DNA of 64,000 bases, taken from positions 51,150,001 to 51,214,000 of the forward strand of contig OX638153.1 of the NCBI GenBank assembly GCA_951804945.1, given 5' to 3'. A program made the position numbers and the translations under genes. Of the stretch, positions 39,754-51,390 are shown one piece after another. The stretch is from Podarcis cretensis. Taxonomy: Eukaryota. Below the pieces are notes generated by a model, which ran no database searches, was not told where the DNA came from, and saw nothing but the letters and a program-made list of their open reading frames with translations. Positions within the stretch are counted from its first letter, which is position 1; the number at the start of each line of letters is the position of its first letter.

Positions 39754-41441
39754 AAAGGTTTTGTTCAGGCGTTCATTGAGCAGCCACTGGGGGAAGCAGC
39801 AGAACTTTCTGTTTCCATCTTGTACATTAATTGAATTTGCATTCTGAATGCCTAAACAGGGCTTCCCTGGGTCTAAACTGTATTAAAATACCAATCATCT
39901 CTCAGCTGAATCAGGATTCTTGGAAGCCAGTCAGACATTAAACTCACAGTGGAAGCTGCCTTATACCAAGACAGATTATTCGTCCATCCAGATGAAGTGT
40001 TCAACCTAACTGTGTAAGGCTCTTTCCCTTGCTTTCACAAGATGCTCAGACTTTTGGAGGAGTCGAGTTGGGAAGCCCCTGATGTGGCTAGTGCCAGTTA
40101 AACACAGGATGTTATCCTGTTAGTAAAAGGACATGCTTATGAAATGAGCTAAAAATTGGTATGCCTCAGCACTATCCATTCCACAGGCCACAAACCTAAA
40201 TGAATGCAATGTATGTAAAGTCACAGCACACACCTTGCTTCCTCAAGTTTTGGGTGGTCTCGGCTGCTTTTCTCCCACTGTGTTCCAAAGTGTCTTCCTT
40301 CCTCACGTAGCCAAGGAGCAGTCAGGCAAAGTCTTTTAATCACTGTCTGTTTGAAAACAGCCCTATTGACGACCTTTATATGTCTGAGAATACAAACAAG
40401 ATTCTCCAGCTTGGTGCCAGAATGACATCAGATTAGATCACTGGCTGCCATAAAGCCCTTCCCAAATGCAGGGGCGAAGAGTAGCTCTCAATATGCTGCA
40501 TTGCCTTTTCTTTGTTCTGTGATTTCTAAATGATCCTTGCAGCACAGCTAAGCCTTCCTTTCATAGCCGACACTGTCTTCTGATTTGATTAGTTCGTCAG
40601 CAATACCTGTCTGCTGGTGATGTGCTATATCTGGTTGTGTTTCTCGTTTGCAGCATGGAAATCAACTTTGCAGGCCTCTGCTAGGAGGCAGATTGATTAT
40701 TTCAAACTCTGAAGATGGAGAATTAGAGCTCTGAATTGTGCCGCAGACCCACTATGGGAGTTCTTGGCTGAACAGGGATTTCAAAACAGAGCAAAATATT
40801 CAGTCCAAATCCCAAGCGTTATGGATCAAAACATTATCTTAGTGATTTTTCTAGGTGGAGTTCATAGCCCATTTTATGACAAGTGAGCACAAAGGCAAGT
40901 ATAAAGGGTGTTCCTTGTGGAATACTCTGCCAATTGAGATTCAGCAAGCGCCTTCTGTTTCAACTTCTAAACACCCGCTGTAAACTCTTCTGTCAGGCTT
41001 CATCAGGCTTATGCGAGCAATTTAGAATGCATATTTCCATGATAGTTAGCTAATCCCTAATTTTAAAATATTTTATGTGAAATATTTTATGTAAAATATT
41101 GTATGGTTTTATTATAACTGTTGTAAACCACTCTGATTTTTTTATGATGTGGTATATAAATATATTGATGATTGATTGATTGATCGATAGATAGATGATA
41201 GATAGAACTGCTTTTTGAAAGGATGCAATATGCCATGCCATTGCTGCTTATCCTCTGAACTTATTGGACTTACTTGATCCCTGACATTTGCCTTGCAGCA
41301 TCCTTCCTTTAAACAAATAAATAACTATCCATTTTCTGCTGTTGCATATCCATCTTGACTGATTGTAGTTTATCTTAGTAAAAGTGCTAAATGAATGGTA
41401 GTGCTCTGGAGTAAATCCCACTGAAATGTAGTCAGCAAATA

Positions 41442-41672
41442 CAGTGGTACCTCGGGTTACAGACACTTCAGGTTACATACGCTTCAGGTTACAGAGTCCG
41501 CTAACCCAGAAATAGTACCTCGGGTTAAGAACTTTGCTTCAGGATGTAAACAGAAATCGCGTGGCGGCAGTGGGAGGCCCCATTAGCTAAAGTGGTGCTT
41601 CAGGTTAAGAACAGTTTCAGGTTAAGAACGGACCTCCGGAACGAATTAAGTACTTAACCCGAGGTACCACTG
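41442..41672 (+). mobile_element. Tc1/mariner MITE, 231 bp
   Basis: Same TIRs and TA TSD as 37683, with repeated CTTCAGGTTA motifs. Confidence 0.93.
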
Positions 41673-42072
41673 TACACAATTGCATTGTAAATGTTAGCTG
41701 AAGACTGCTTGATACCATTAAACACAAAGCTTCATTCAGAGGTTGTCATACTTGTTTGACTATGAGCCTACCTAGACCCTTTATCCTAGGTCCTCCTCCT
41801 GGTTCCCCCTTTGAAAGAGGATTGTGACTCCTGGCTTGTGGAATGCTTTCCCCAGTGAGGTTTTTCCTTAGCACTATCATTAATATCTTTCAGCACTGAG
41901 CACCTCTTCTTCCAGGCATTTGATGAATTATGATGATTTTGCTGTCTATTGAAAGTAAGTTTGGTGGGGTTTTTTGTTTTGCTGCTGTTTTATTGCATTT
42001 GATTAATAGGTCACCGTAATGTTTTTCTTGTAAGGCACTCATTGGTCCCCATTCCCCCAATTTTATGCCATG

Positions 42073-42215
42073 ATCATAAAACTGTAGAGTTGGAAGATAA
42101 CCTGAGGATCATCTAGTCCAACCCCTGCAATGCAGGAATATGCAGCTGGCCCTTACAGAGATCAAACCTGCAACCTTGACATTACCAGCACCATGCTCTA
42201 TAAACAGCTGAGCTA
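42073..42215 (-). mobile_element. SINE with a tRNA-Ile-like head and CR1-like 3' tail
   Basis: Minus strand TAGCTCAG...TAGAGCATGGTGCTGGTAATGTCAAGGTTGCAGGTTTGATCTCTGTAAGGGCCA resembles tRNA-Ile-AAT, followed by TTCCTGCATTGCAGGGGTTGGACTAGATGA...CTTCCAACTCTACA. Confidence 0.75.
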
Positions 42216-45048
42216 AACTCTGTAAGTCTCTTGGAGGCTCTTGTGTGACAAATGACTGCTGACTTGGTTCCTTCAGGCAGAAGGGTGGAATATAAATTGA
42301 ATAAATAATAATAAATTGAGATTATTATTTTTTAAAGTTAAAATGTGCATAAGGAGGAATTCTCCTGGAATTGTTTGTAAGAAGTCTGTGACTCTGCCAG
42401 GTAATGTTGTGGTGGCAGTTCTTAATATGCCTTGAGGAAGAGAAACAAATTGTTACAGGTAACTTGTATGTTGAAGCCCTGATTTGGGGGCTCTAATATG
42501 CCTTAGGCAGTAGATAAATGTTTTAATAAAAACAGATTTTAAAAATTGGAGCTTCTATAGGGAAAATGCTAGTGAAATGGAGGGAGTGGGAGAGGTGACT
42601 ATGTAGAATGTGTAATATAGCATGTTTGGCTGTATAATGGTTTATGTGCGTGTTTTGTATGTTTTCCATAAGCCAATAGCAGGTCTTTCATATAGAGTTC
42701 CTCCAGAACTTTCCTCTGCCATAGGAGATAATACTACACTAACTATATTATATGCTTTTTGCAAATCAGGGAGGAGTTCAACTTCCTGTTAAATTGTTAA
42801 AAATTTAAGGTCAGGTTAATAAAAAACAATATCTTTGTGTAGACAATTAGATCATGCCTGAATGATAATTAGTAAAATAGCTGGGGTGGTCTGATTCACT
42901 GCTGCAAATGTTCATTTGCCTAGATGAGTTGAAAAAGTAGCTTGGTACCATTAGGCTATTTTCTGAACAACTTGGTTGAATCTCACATGGCTAAGAAGCT
43001 AAGCTAAGCTAAATTAAGTGCATGAATGCAACTCAACTGGATGAGAAAATTATTCTTTAGTTTGTTTAGTTTCTACAGTATCCCTAATATATATATTTAT
43101 ATATTATTTCACAAAATGTATACACTGCTTGATTGGAAAAAAAACCACAACAACCCCAAAGCAAAACCCTCAAAGTGGTTTTTCTCCAGTACTATTCTTT
43201 TTACCTATTATCATTGCTTTCATTAGGTGAATAGGGAAAGAATGACATTATACTCTATGCATGCTAAAAGCTATAGCAATCTGGATTTTTCAGTATAGAA
43301 CATCCACAGTTCCATCTATGACAACTCTGTTTCAAACATGTAGATAAAGTGTAGCAGTTATCTCCTTGGAAGTTGTTGCGCCGTGTTTTTCTTTCTGATT
43401 TGTTTTTATAACATAAAACACACAAATGTGGAAATTAGCTTTATGCCAAACATCATCATTATTTTAGCTCCAGTCCATCTGTAAGGAGCAGAGCCCTGTA
43501 CATTGAATTGTACATGATGTTTATCATCATCCATGTGGTTATTCAACTTCCTTTTTTAATTCTTAGTTGAGCAGAAATTGATATGTCCATCTGATATCTC
43601 GCAGCTGAACATAATATTTCCTGCCAGTCATGAAAGGCATGCATTTTGTTGTGATTTCTGCATATTGTCTATAAATTAACGGAATGTCATAATCGGATAC
43701 ACACACACAGGCTAAACATAATTACTTGCAAAGCTATAAAATGGCTGGTGCAATCAATTCTAAGAACTCAGCAGATTTTAAAGAGTGCTTGAATTATTAA
43801 TGGAAGTGAACTGGAAGAGAGCTCAGAAGGCTTACATCTTGTCTCCAGCAAGTTGTAGCTAGTGAAGGACACAAGCAGTTGCGTTCAAAGCAATGAGTGA
43901 ACAGACCTTAGGTGAAGAATCCTCCAACGAAAATGGTTTGTGCCAGTATGCCCAGAAGATCACAGCTTGCTTTGGAGGGATGGGTAAGACAATTAGTATG
44001 TGGTGGAAGAGAGAGCAGTATGTAGTGCAATATGGGTATGATAATGACAGTGTTCCTCCTTGTGGGTAAGCTGTTTGCCTTCCGCTCCTCATTACTCTTC
44101 TGACCATTTTACCTATTCTATAGATGTCTGTGTGCATGTGTCTTTGTATGTAACAATAATTCTTTTGTGTTGATCAGCTTATGCAGAGGTTGACCATAGA
44201 TTGTAGTGTTCCAGGGCCCATGTTTATATGAATCTGTGAATTTATTTAAATGCATAAAGAATTCTGTTGTATCACATCTTCAGACTTTGGACATCTATAG
44301 TATTAAAGTATATCAGTTTACCTGGGAATAAGCCCTCTTGAATTAGGTGGGAGCTTACTTCTGAGTAGACATGTGCAGAATTTCACTGTTAGCTTTTTTT
44401 TTGTCCCATGCTTGTGAAGATATGCTTCTTTGAAGCCTCATTTTATTCCCATGTAATGTGAAAATAATTTAAATTATAGGGAGTTTGTAGTTCCTAGAAT
44501 AACACTCCCCTGCTCCCAGCCCAGTCCATGTCAGGAACACTTTTATGTAAGCTGCCTTGCTTTCACTGAAGCAGAAACAGGATAGCTGCTTTGTCTACTC
44601 TCTGAGAGGAGTTGGGTTTAAGGTGATTCCGTACAGTGTATGGATAAAATGAAATTACTTGTGGATCAAACTTTTTCTGCAGAACTGTCTCGACTAGCCT
44701 CAGTTGATTTTGGCCTTTTTCATATAGCATCTAATAATGTTATAATGAAATGGCAGCAAGCTGGTATTTGGGTTTATGACAGAAGCACTAAAGGCAGCTT
44801 ATCTCACAAACTGAGCACTGTAGCTCCTTTGCAATCCTGTAAATGCTTAGTAGGGAGCAAGTTCCATGGAATTAAGTGGGAATTATTTCTGAGTACTAAT
44901 TCATAGGATTGTGTTGTTAGGAAAGCCTTTATTGTAACTCCATTAAATTAGAAATTTTGTACCTGTAACATTTTCAAATCTCAATGGTTTGCTTCACTTT
45001 CTATAAGGCTTTTTCTTTTTAGCAAAACTTGGTGTTTGGATCTATAAA

Positions 45049-45110
45049 GCTCCTGTAGCACCTTACTTAAGATGGTATAAGCTTTCGTGCACTAGAGTCC
45101 ATTTCATCAG
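45049..45110 (-). mobile_element. Penelope-like element terminal fragment with a hammerhead ribozyme core
   Basis: Minus strand CTGATGA-A-ATGGAC-TCTA-GTGCAC-GAAA-GCTT-ATACC...TAAGGTGCTACAGGA. Confidence 0.7.
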
Positions 45111-45543
45111 AAGTTGTGATAATGTACATTCTTATCTGATTTAGGACAAGAATTATGAATTATGATCTGTGTTACACAACACAGTACCCCTATCAGCTAA
45201 AACCTCAGTGATCTGAAGCAATGCTTTGTTCCCTATCTGCCTTCAAAGTCATTTTGATTTTAATCTGACCATGTTTCCCAGTCTGTAGAAGTAAAATGTC
45301 TGAATGGAATGAACTTGCATCTCTGATGACACTAAGGCGCCATCTCTTGCAGTGTTTCACAGAGGTATAATTGAAGTTCATATTTGAACTGCAACATATG
45401 GTTATGTATCAAAGGACATTTATGTTTTTGCTATATATCTTCAGCCAAAAGAACAAACACTCACTTTGCTATTAAAACATGCAATCAGACCCTGCCTGTT
45501 GATGAATAGTCTATCTTGATGGTCTCAACACAAAACAGTAGTA

Positions 45544-45779
45544 CAGTGGTACCTTGGTTTAAGAACAGCTTAGTTTATGAACAACTAGGATTAAGAACAC
45601 TGCAAACCTGGAAGTAGATGTTTTGGTTTGTGAACTTTGCCTTGGAAGCAGAACACGTTTCACTTCCTATTGAGTGTGTTCCATTTGTAAATTGAGTCCC
45701 CTGCTGCTATGGGAAAGCACACCTTGGTTTAAGAACGGACTTCCGGAATGGATTAAGTTTGTAAACCAAGGTACGACTG
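45544..45779. mobile_element. Tc1/mariner MITE (related subfamily)
   Basis: TA|CAGTGGTACCTTGGTTTA...TAAACCAAGGTACGACTG|TA. Confidence 0.88.
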
Positions 45780-46507
45780 TATACTTGTCTGTTCCACTTG
45801 TATCCTATAATAAGTACAACCAGATCCATTCTATGATCAAACACTCAGTGATTTCTATTAAATATTCTGAGTGCTCTTTTTATTAAAGGAAACCATTAAG
45901 GTCCTTTTGGTAATTCACAATGCCTGACAAGCTATTGCAGAGCAAATGATGACACAGAGGCAAGAGAAGAGGCTTCAAACATGTATGGTAGTAGTGAAAG
46001 GAGGTATATTTGGGTAGTCAGCCTTGAAGTGAAAATAAAGGTGTTGCAGACAAGAGTGCTCCTGTTTTCATAAGTGAAATGTTAAAGGGCATCAGCATTG
46101 CCACACTGGCACAATATGAACTGAATAAATAAATAAATAATAGAATGTTATTTCAAATGCACACACCCAAACCAGTACCACATTAGATTCCCCTCCCCAT
46201 GTGAAACTGCTTTGGACTACAAGTATACCAGCGTCTGCTAATACAATGGAGGTGCTACAAATGCATATTATCAAGTCACCTTAAAGATTTCTGTATTTTT
46301 AAAACTTAATTTTTAAATTATGTTTTAAGTTTTAGCAGTATACACCACCTTGATGTTTTGTGACACAGCAGTATAGAAATACTTCTATAAATTAATAGAC
46401 AGGCGTGATGGGAAACATTTGCTTCATGCTAAATGTGAAATAGCTCTCCAGTTGGCCCTGGATAAACACTCTAGGCAAATGTGGAGGCCTGTTAGAGTAT
46501 ATGCATA

Positions 46508-46733
46508 CAGTGGTGCCTCGGGTTACATACGCTTCAGGTTACAGACTCCGCTAACCCAGAAATATTACCTTGGGTTAAGAAATTTGCTTCAGGATGAGAA
46601 CAGAAATCGTGCTCCGGCGGCGCGGCAGCAGCAGAAGGCCCCATTAGCTAAAGTGGTGCTTCAGGTTAAGAACAGTTTCAGGTTAAGAATTGACCTCCGG
46701 AATGAATTAAGTACTTAACCCGAGGTACCACTG
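46508..46733 (+). mobile_element. Tc1/mariner MITE, 226 bp
   Basis: TA|CAGTGGTGCCTCGGGTTA...TAACCCGAGGTACCACTG|TA, near-identical to 41442. Confidence 0.93.
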
Positions 46734-48054
46734 TATTAGTTGTCAGGAGCTTTCAGACACTAATAAAAATGGCTGAAGAAAAAGTGGCCTATGCTTCTCC
46801 AGGAGGTCAGTAACTGGGCCAAATTTTGTGAAATATGTAAATATTTTAAGTAATCTTTGTCAGCACTAAATTCATCCTTTATCCCTTGTATATAATTTAT
46901 TGGCTTTCTTGGTCCTGATCTGAGGTGTTGCAGCACTATCCTTGGAGGTCACTTATCTACTGAAAACCGCAGTCTGATCTGAGAAAGCCTCCTGGTTAGT
47001 CTAGATTCCTCTTTGTTTTGCTCATTTCTCATTCTTGTCACGATGTATTATAGAAGGCAAATGCAGGGTCTTTTAGACATACCCCCTGGTTAAATTGAAA
47101 ACGGAAAGGGAAAAGTGAACTGAGCCCCTGAAGTCAAAACAAGATTAGCAGCAAATGGTAATTACAGGACGAAGGACTGGACTGTTATTTTCAGGGTGTC
47201 ACTGGAAGTCTGGTACGATGGAGTGAAGTATTGCTTTACTGATATTTGGTTCAAAAATATTTGTCTAATGTTTTGTGGAATTTCATTGAAAGTCACTGTT
47301 GTTTTGACTTGGCCAAAGTTCATTTGCAAAACACATGGAAGTGCTGTGCTAATTCTTGAAATGTTGAAGCTTAAAAAAAAAAAGCTTTGATTGCTGCTTC
47401 TAACAGGAATCATGACTCATGGTCAGCATTGCAGGTAATACATAATTCTACGTTGAAAAGCAAGGCAACAATTTAACACACCACAATCCAAATTAATCCT
47501 CTAATAATAACAAATTGGCCTAGCAAAACACTCTGTAGTATTTTATGTTTTTAAACAAAAAACCAGTTCCTATTATGTGAGTGTGCTTTCTAAATTAAAC
47601 TGTCTCATTCTATGGAAGCTAAATTTTACAAATGGCGGCTTTGGTTAAGATCTAAAGGGCCATGCGTGGAGGGTTCTCTGTGTGCAGGTACACTTTTCCA
47701 GCTCCCCATCCTACCTCAGTCACCAGCTGATCACGGAAGTCAGGGAACTCGTCATATAATGACATTCAACATGACCTAAAGGGGTGCAGCTGGAAAGAAA
47801 ATTTGCCCAGCCTGAAAAAAGTTGCAGTGGATTACCACCATAATAACCATACTTTCTTGGGGCAATCATTTCACAAAAAACTTTCATCAGCAGATTAATT
47901 TAAGCATCCAGTTGCCCTCCTATTGATATTGGATTGTGTCACAATGGGAGGCAGCCATTTTCTTAGCAATTTTGTTAAAGGGTGTATGCATGTATATACA
48001 TATGCACACAGAGAGAGATGTACTATAATCTTGAAAGAAATTAATATTTCTTAG

Positions 48055-48210
48055 AAACATAGTAAGCTGCCTTGTATTAAGTCTTATCATTGGCCCATCT
48101 AGCTCAGCATTGTACAATGACTGGCAGCAGCTGCTTTCCAGAGTTTTAGGCAGTGGGTTCTCCTCGCCCTATGTGGCTGGTGCTGGAAATTGAGCTACAT
48201 GGGGTAAATA
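48055..48210 (-). mobile_element. Squamate SINE 3' part
   Basis: AACATAGTAAGCTGCCTTGTATT...GGCCCATCTAGCTCAGCATTGTACAATGACTGGCAGCAGC. Confidence 0.65.
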
Positions 48211-50280
48211 TCCATATTCATTATTATTACTATTTTCAGTTCTCTGGGCAAATTGTTGTGTTAAATACTTATGGAAATTGCAGGCATTCTTGTTCTTTAC
48301 CATGATCTTTGCAATGTCACAGAATACACTCACATGCGCAAATGAGGGTAAGAGTTCTTGAAAAGGCCCTTGTTTCATTCTAGCTGCACAAGTTCACAAG
48401 TAGCTGAATGTGGTGAAAATGACTTTTAAAATACAGCAGTTCTTCAGCCTTGTTTCCCTGCCCCTCACTTGTTACAGAAGATTTCATATTAAGATTACTC
48501 CTGAACCCATTTCACCCTCGGGGTTTGTTTACAAAGTCTAAGGCCATACAGGGACTATGCTGTGAATGTAGTTCAAAGGCGATTTAAAAAGAATGAAGAG
48601 CCCCAGGTTCTCCATTCTGTTCATCTCAAGATAAGCTACCATGTACTCAGCAAACAGGCATGTTACGTTTGCTCAGTTGAGCTCAGACCAATGAATTACA
48701 TGAAACTACTTTGGAATGCTTTGACGGCCCTGAGAGCTTTTGCTTGCTTAGCTTATTGCTAAATAAATAATAGATTTTTATGTCATAGTAAGAATTTTCA
48801 GGTTATCCATTGATTTTGATCGTATAAACAAGCACCCTGAGGTATCTTGCAGAGTTATTGAATTTTAACACTAGGAACAAACGCTGGAACCAGAAAGGTT
48901 GCAATAGAACTACAAACCACAGGTTTTGTCTACAGTGACAAAGCCTATGGTTTGTAGTTTAATTTCATTTTTCTAGAGTCCGTGTTAGCTTGTGTGGGTG
49001 AGCATGTACAGAGCGAATGAACACCCATAACAAACCATTCCATTTTTATTCTGCGGGTGCTCACAGTCATTCAACTGTTAACAACAGCCAAAGTGTATAT
49101 TTTGTTAGATTCAGCAGTACTGGGTAAGGTAGTCTTTCAGTTGCAGTAAGCTTCACATTAGTGCATATATACAGCATTCACACAAACTGTTCATTTTTGA
49201 GCTTGAGTTTAAAGAGCACTTAATGTTTTTGACCCAAGAATTCCTCTCAATGGAGATTAGTTAAAGCATACCCTCTAACATTTCTCAGATGAAAATAGAG
49301 ACACCCTAGGTGATTTTTAAAGAGCAGCACAGAACTTTAACTTCTGAACTGCTTATTCATGAAAACTGTCTTATAGAATGGGGTCTGTGTTCATCCTTTC
49401 ACATGTGCTGCCATCTGGGAACATAGGGAAAGAGAGGACTGGGGAATGTTTAGTGAGAATTTTGTTCTCACATATTTTGTTAATACGTGAAAAGAAAATT
49501 GAATTACTTCCCTTTCTAGAAGAAAAACAGAGGACAGGAGAGCTGTGGAACATGATTTTGCTGAATATACACCTCCAAGTCAGGGAGAAATGCAAATGTG
49601 AAGTGCTGAAGCACTCATGTCCTTCTTGTAGGCTTCCCAAGGGCCTCTGGTTCATCATTGGGAGAATAGGGTGCTGGACTGGATGAGCCTTTGTTCAGGG
49701 CTCTTCTAACATTCTTATGCTTCAGTGTGACAAATGGACTGCAAGCAAAATGGCGATTAAAGCAATTCCATGTGGGGAACTATTTGTGCAGCAGACCTGA
49801 AACAAGAGGTAGTGGGGGTTCCATTTGGTTTGCATGCTCTCCCAAAGTCAATCCCCGTAACTATGTGATGCTAACAACAACTAGAATTTGCCCCTTTGCT
49901 TATGCGCTGTTGGCTTTTTGAATGCACTGTTAATGATTTACTTTGCTCTTTCCCCAGGAAAAACAAAATCATTAGTTTAGTTTCTTAGATTAGCAAGTCA
50001 TTAGGAATAGATTGTAGATATCTGTTGTAAATACAGCTAGAGGTGGGGGTAACAGTTGGGATCTTTGTGAGTCTTCTCACTGGAGACTGGAAGGAGGAAA
50101 GGAGATGGTGGAGTTGGGAAAATAAATATTTCTCAAGAAGGCTATAGATACTTACTTTTGTGACCATAGAGGCTGCAGAAATTATGTCTCGCAGGAAAAT
50201 CTGCTGCTGGTAGAAATGCTTTGCAAGATACAATGGAGTGTGGTGAGCCTTCCTTAGCTGTAATGCACATGGGAAATGTT

Positions 50281-50732
50281 AGATTAAATGCACAGATGGA
50301 TATGTGGGGCTTATGAAGGTTCTTTCTTAACAAGATTTCTTCCACTGTGCTGAGGCTTTTGTTTCTCAAAAGTAATCCTCTTATCTACCTCAGATATGTC
50401 CTCTCTCTTGCCCAGGATATTAATCCGATTGTGCCATGCTCTATATGCTTTCACTTCACGTTTATGGACACCAAAGCAAAGCGTTGCTGGTTCCAATAGT
50501 GTTTTGAAGGCTGTCACCTGACTAAGCGTGCTTGTCATAATCTCCTGAAGATCACTGCTAAAAATACTTCCTCCTTAATCTCCTTTAGTGGACAAGGAAG
50601 TGAAATAAGGATGGATGAGGACAGCATGCCAGACGGTGGCAGCCCAGTGGCTATGTATACGCTCTCACACTCTCACTCGCTCGCTCACTCTGGTTTACTT
50701 CCTTAGCTGCTTGCTTTACAGTTGCCATAGAT
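50281..50732 (+). promoter_or_regulatory. Putative promoter/5'UTR of the long ABLIM1 exon, with a K50-homeodomain (CRX/OTX2) motif cluster
   Basis: AGATTA 50281, TAATCC 50373, TAATCCGATTG 50421, CTAAGC 50522, TAATCT 50538 and 50576. Also a TGCTGA Maf/NRL half-site at 50348 and a MEF2-like CTAAAAATAC at about 50558. Confidence 0.5.
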
Positions 50733-50976
50733 ATGCCATCTTTCCCCAGTTTAAACAGTTTTGGGAAGCTTTGTGGATCAGGGAAAAGCAAGAGGTTGGT
50801 GTCTGAGCGGATAAAGTACAAAAACTCTATCAAAAGGATGTCTATTATAGAGGACGGTGATATTGCTGAGGTCTTGTACCTCATCCCCAAGCAGTCTGTG
50901 ATGAAGCAGCTGCCATACCTGAATCCAGATGACTACTATTTGTGTGAATGGTTGTTTGATTATCCAGAAGGTTCAG
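50733..50976 (+). CDS. ABLIM1: ABLIM1 alternative first coding exon of the long (abLIM-L-type) isoform, 81 aa + 1 nt
   Basis: The translation MPSFPSLNSFGKLCGSGKSKRLVSERIKYKNSIKRMSIIED...LPYLNPDDYYLCEWLFDYPEGS aligns without gaps to the human ABLIM1 long N-terminus as I recall it (MPAFLGLKCLGKLCSSEKSKVTSSER...IVED...LLYLCPKDY...), about 25/81 identities and the same length. It ends at a consensus donor CAG|GTAAGT (GT at 50977) in phase 1, and the spare G would start the V of the shared VAHPQ exon. Confidence 0.9.
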
Positions 50977-51248
50977 GTAAGTAAGAAAGCTGGGCTCTAG
51001 TCTGGACTTGTCCACCTTTGAGCTGTTTCAGTGACCTGTTAAAATGGGTGGTGGACACGAAATATTTGCTAAGAAGCATGGAGATGAGCAGAGGGTATAT
51101 ATACTCTAGAGCGGCTGCTGGATTTGTCTACTTTGTATTATGAAGCAACTACCACAGGCCTTGCTTTTCTAAATAGTCAATAAATGGTAGTGCTGTTGTA
51201 AGTTCAACAGCTGGTATATTTCTGAATTTTCCATATGGTAGCCTAAGC

Positions 51249-51390
51249 CAGGCTTCCCCAACCTGGTGCCCTCTAGAAGTTGTTGGGACTCCCAACTCTT
51301 ATCAGCCTCAGTGAAGCATGGCCCAAATGTCAGGGACAATGGGCATTGTAGTCCAGCAACCTACGGAGGGCACCATGTTGAGGAAGTCCA
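51249..51390. mobile_element. Palindromic hAT MITE
   Basis: CAGGCTTCCCCAACCTGGTGCCCTC...GAGGGCACCATGTTGAGGAAG, with degenerate 8-bp TSD GCCTAAGC/GTCTAACC. Confidence 0.75.

Noticed and set aside
17303-50732. Orthologue of the mammalian ABLIM1 MLMTLEMTELTDPHHTMGDYK first exon (recalled)
   Set aside because: I could not find a matching peptide by eye. A TBLASTN search would be needed to exclude it.
50977-50984. Treating ORF 50733-50984 as a complete single-exon 83-aa gene
   Set aside because: The last codons and the stop lie within the intron after the consensus donor CAG|GTAAGT.
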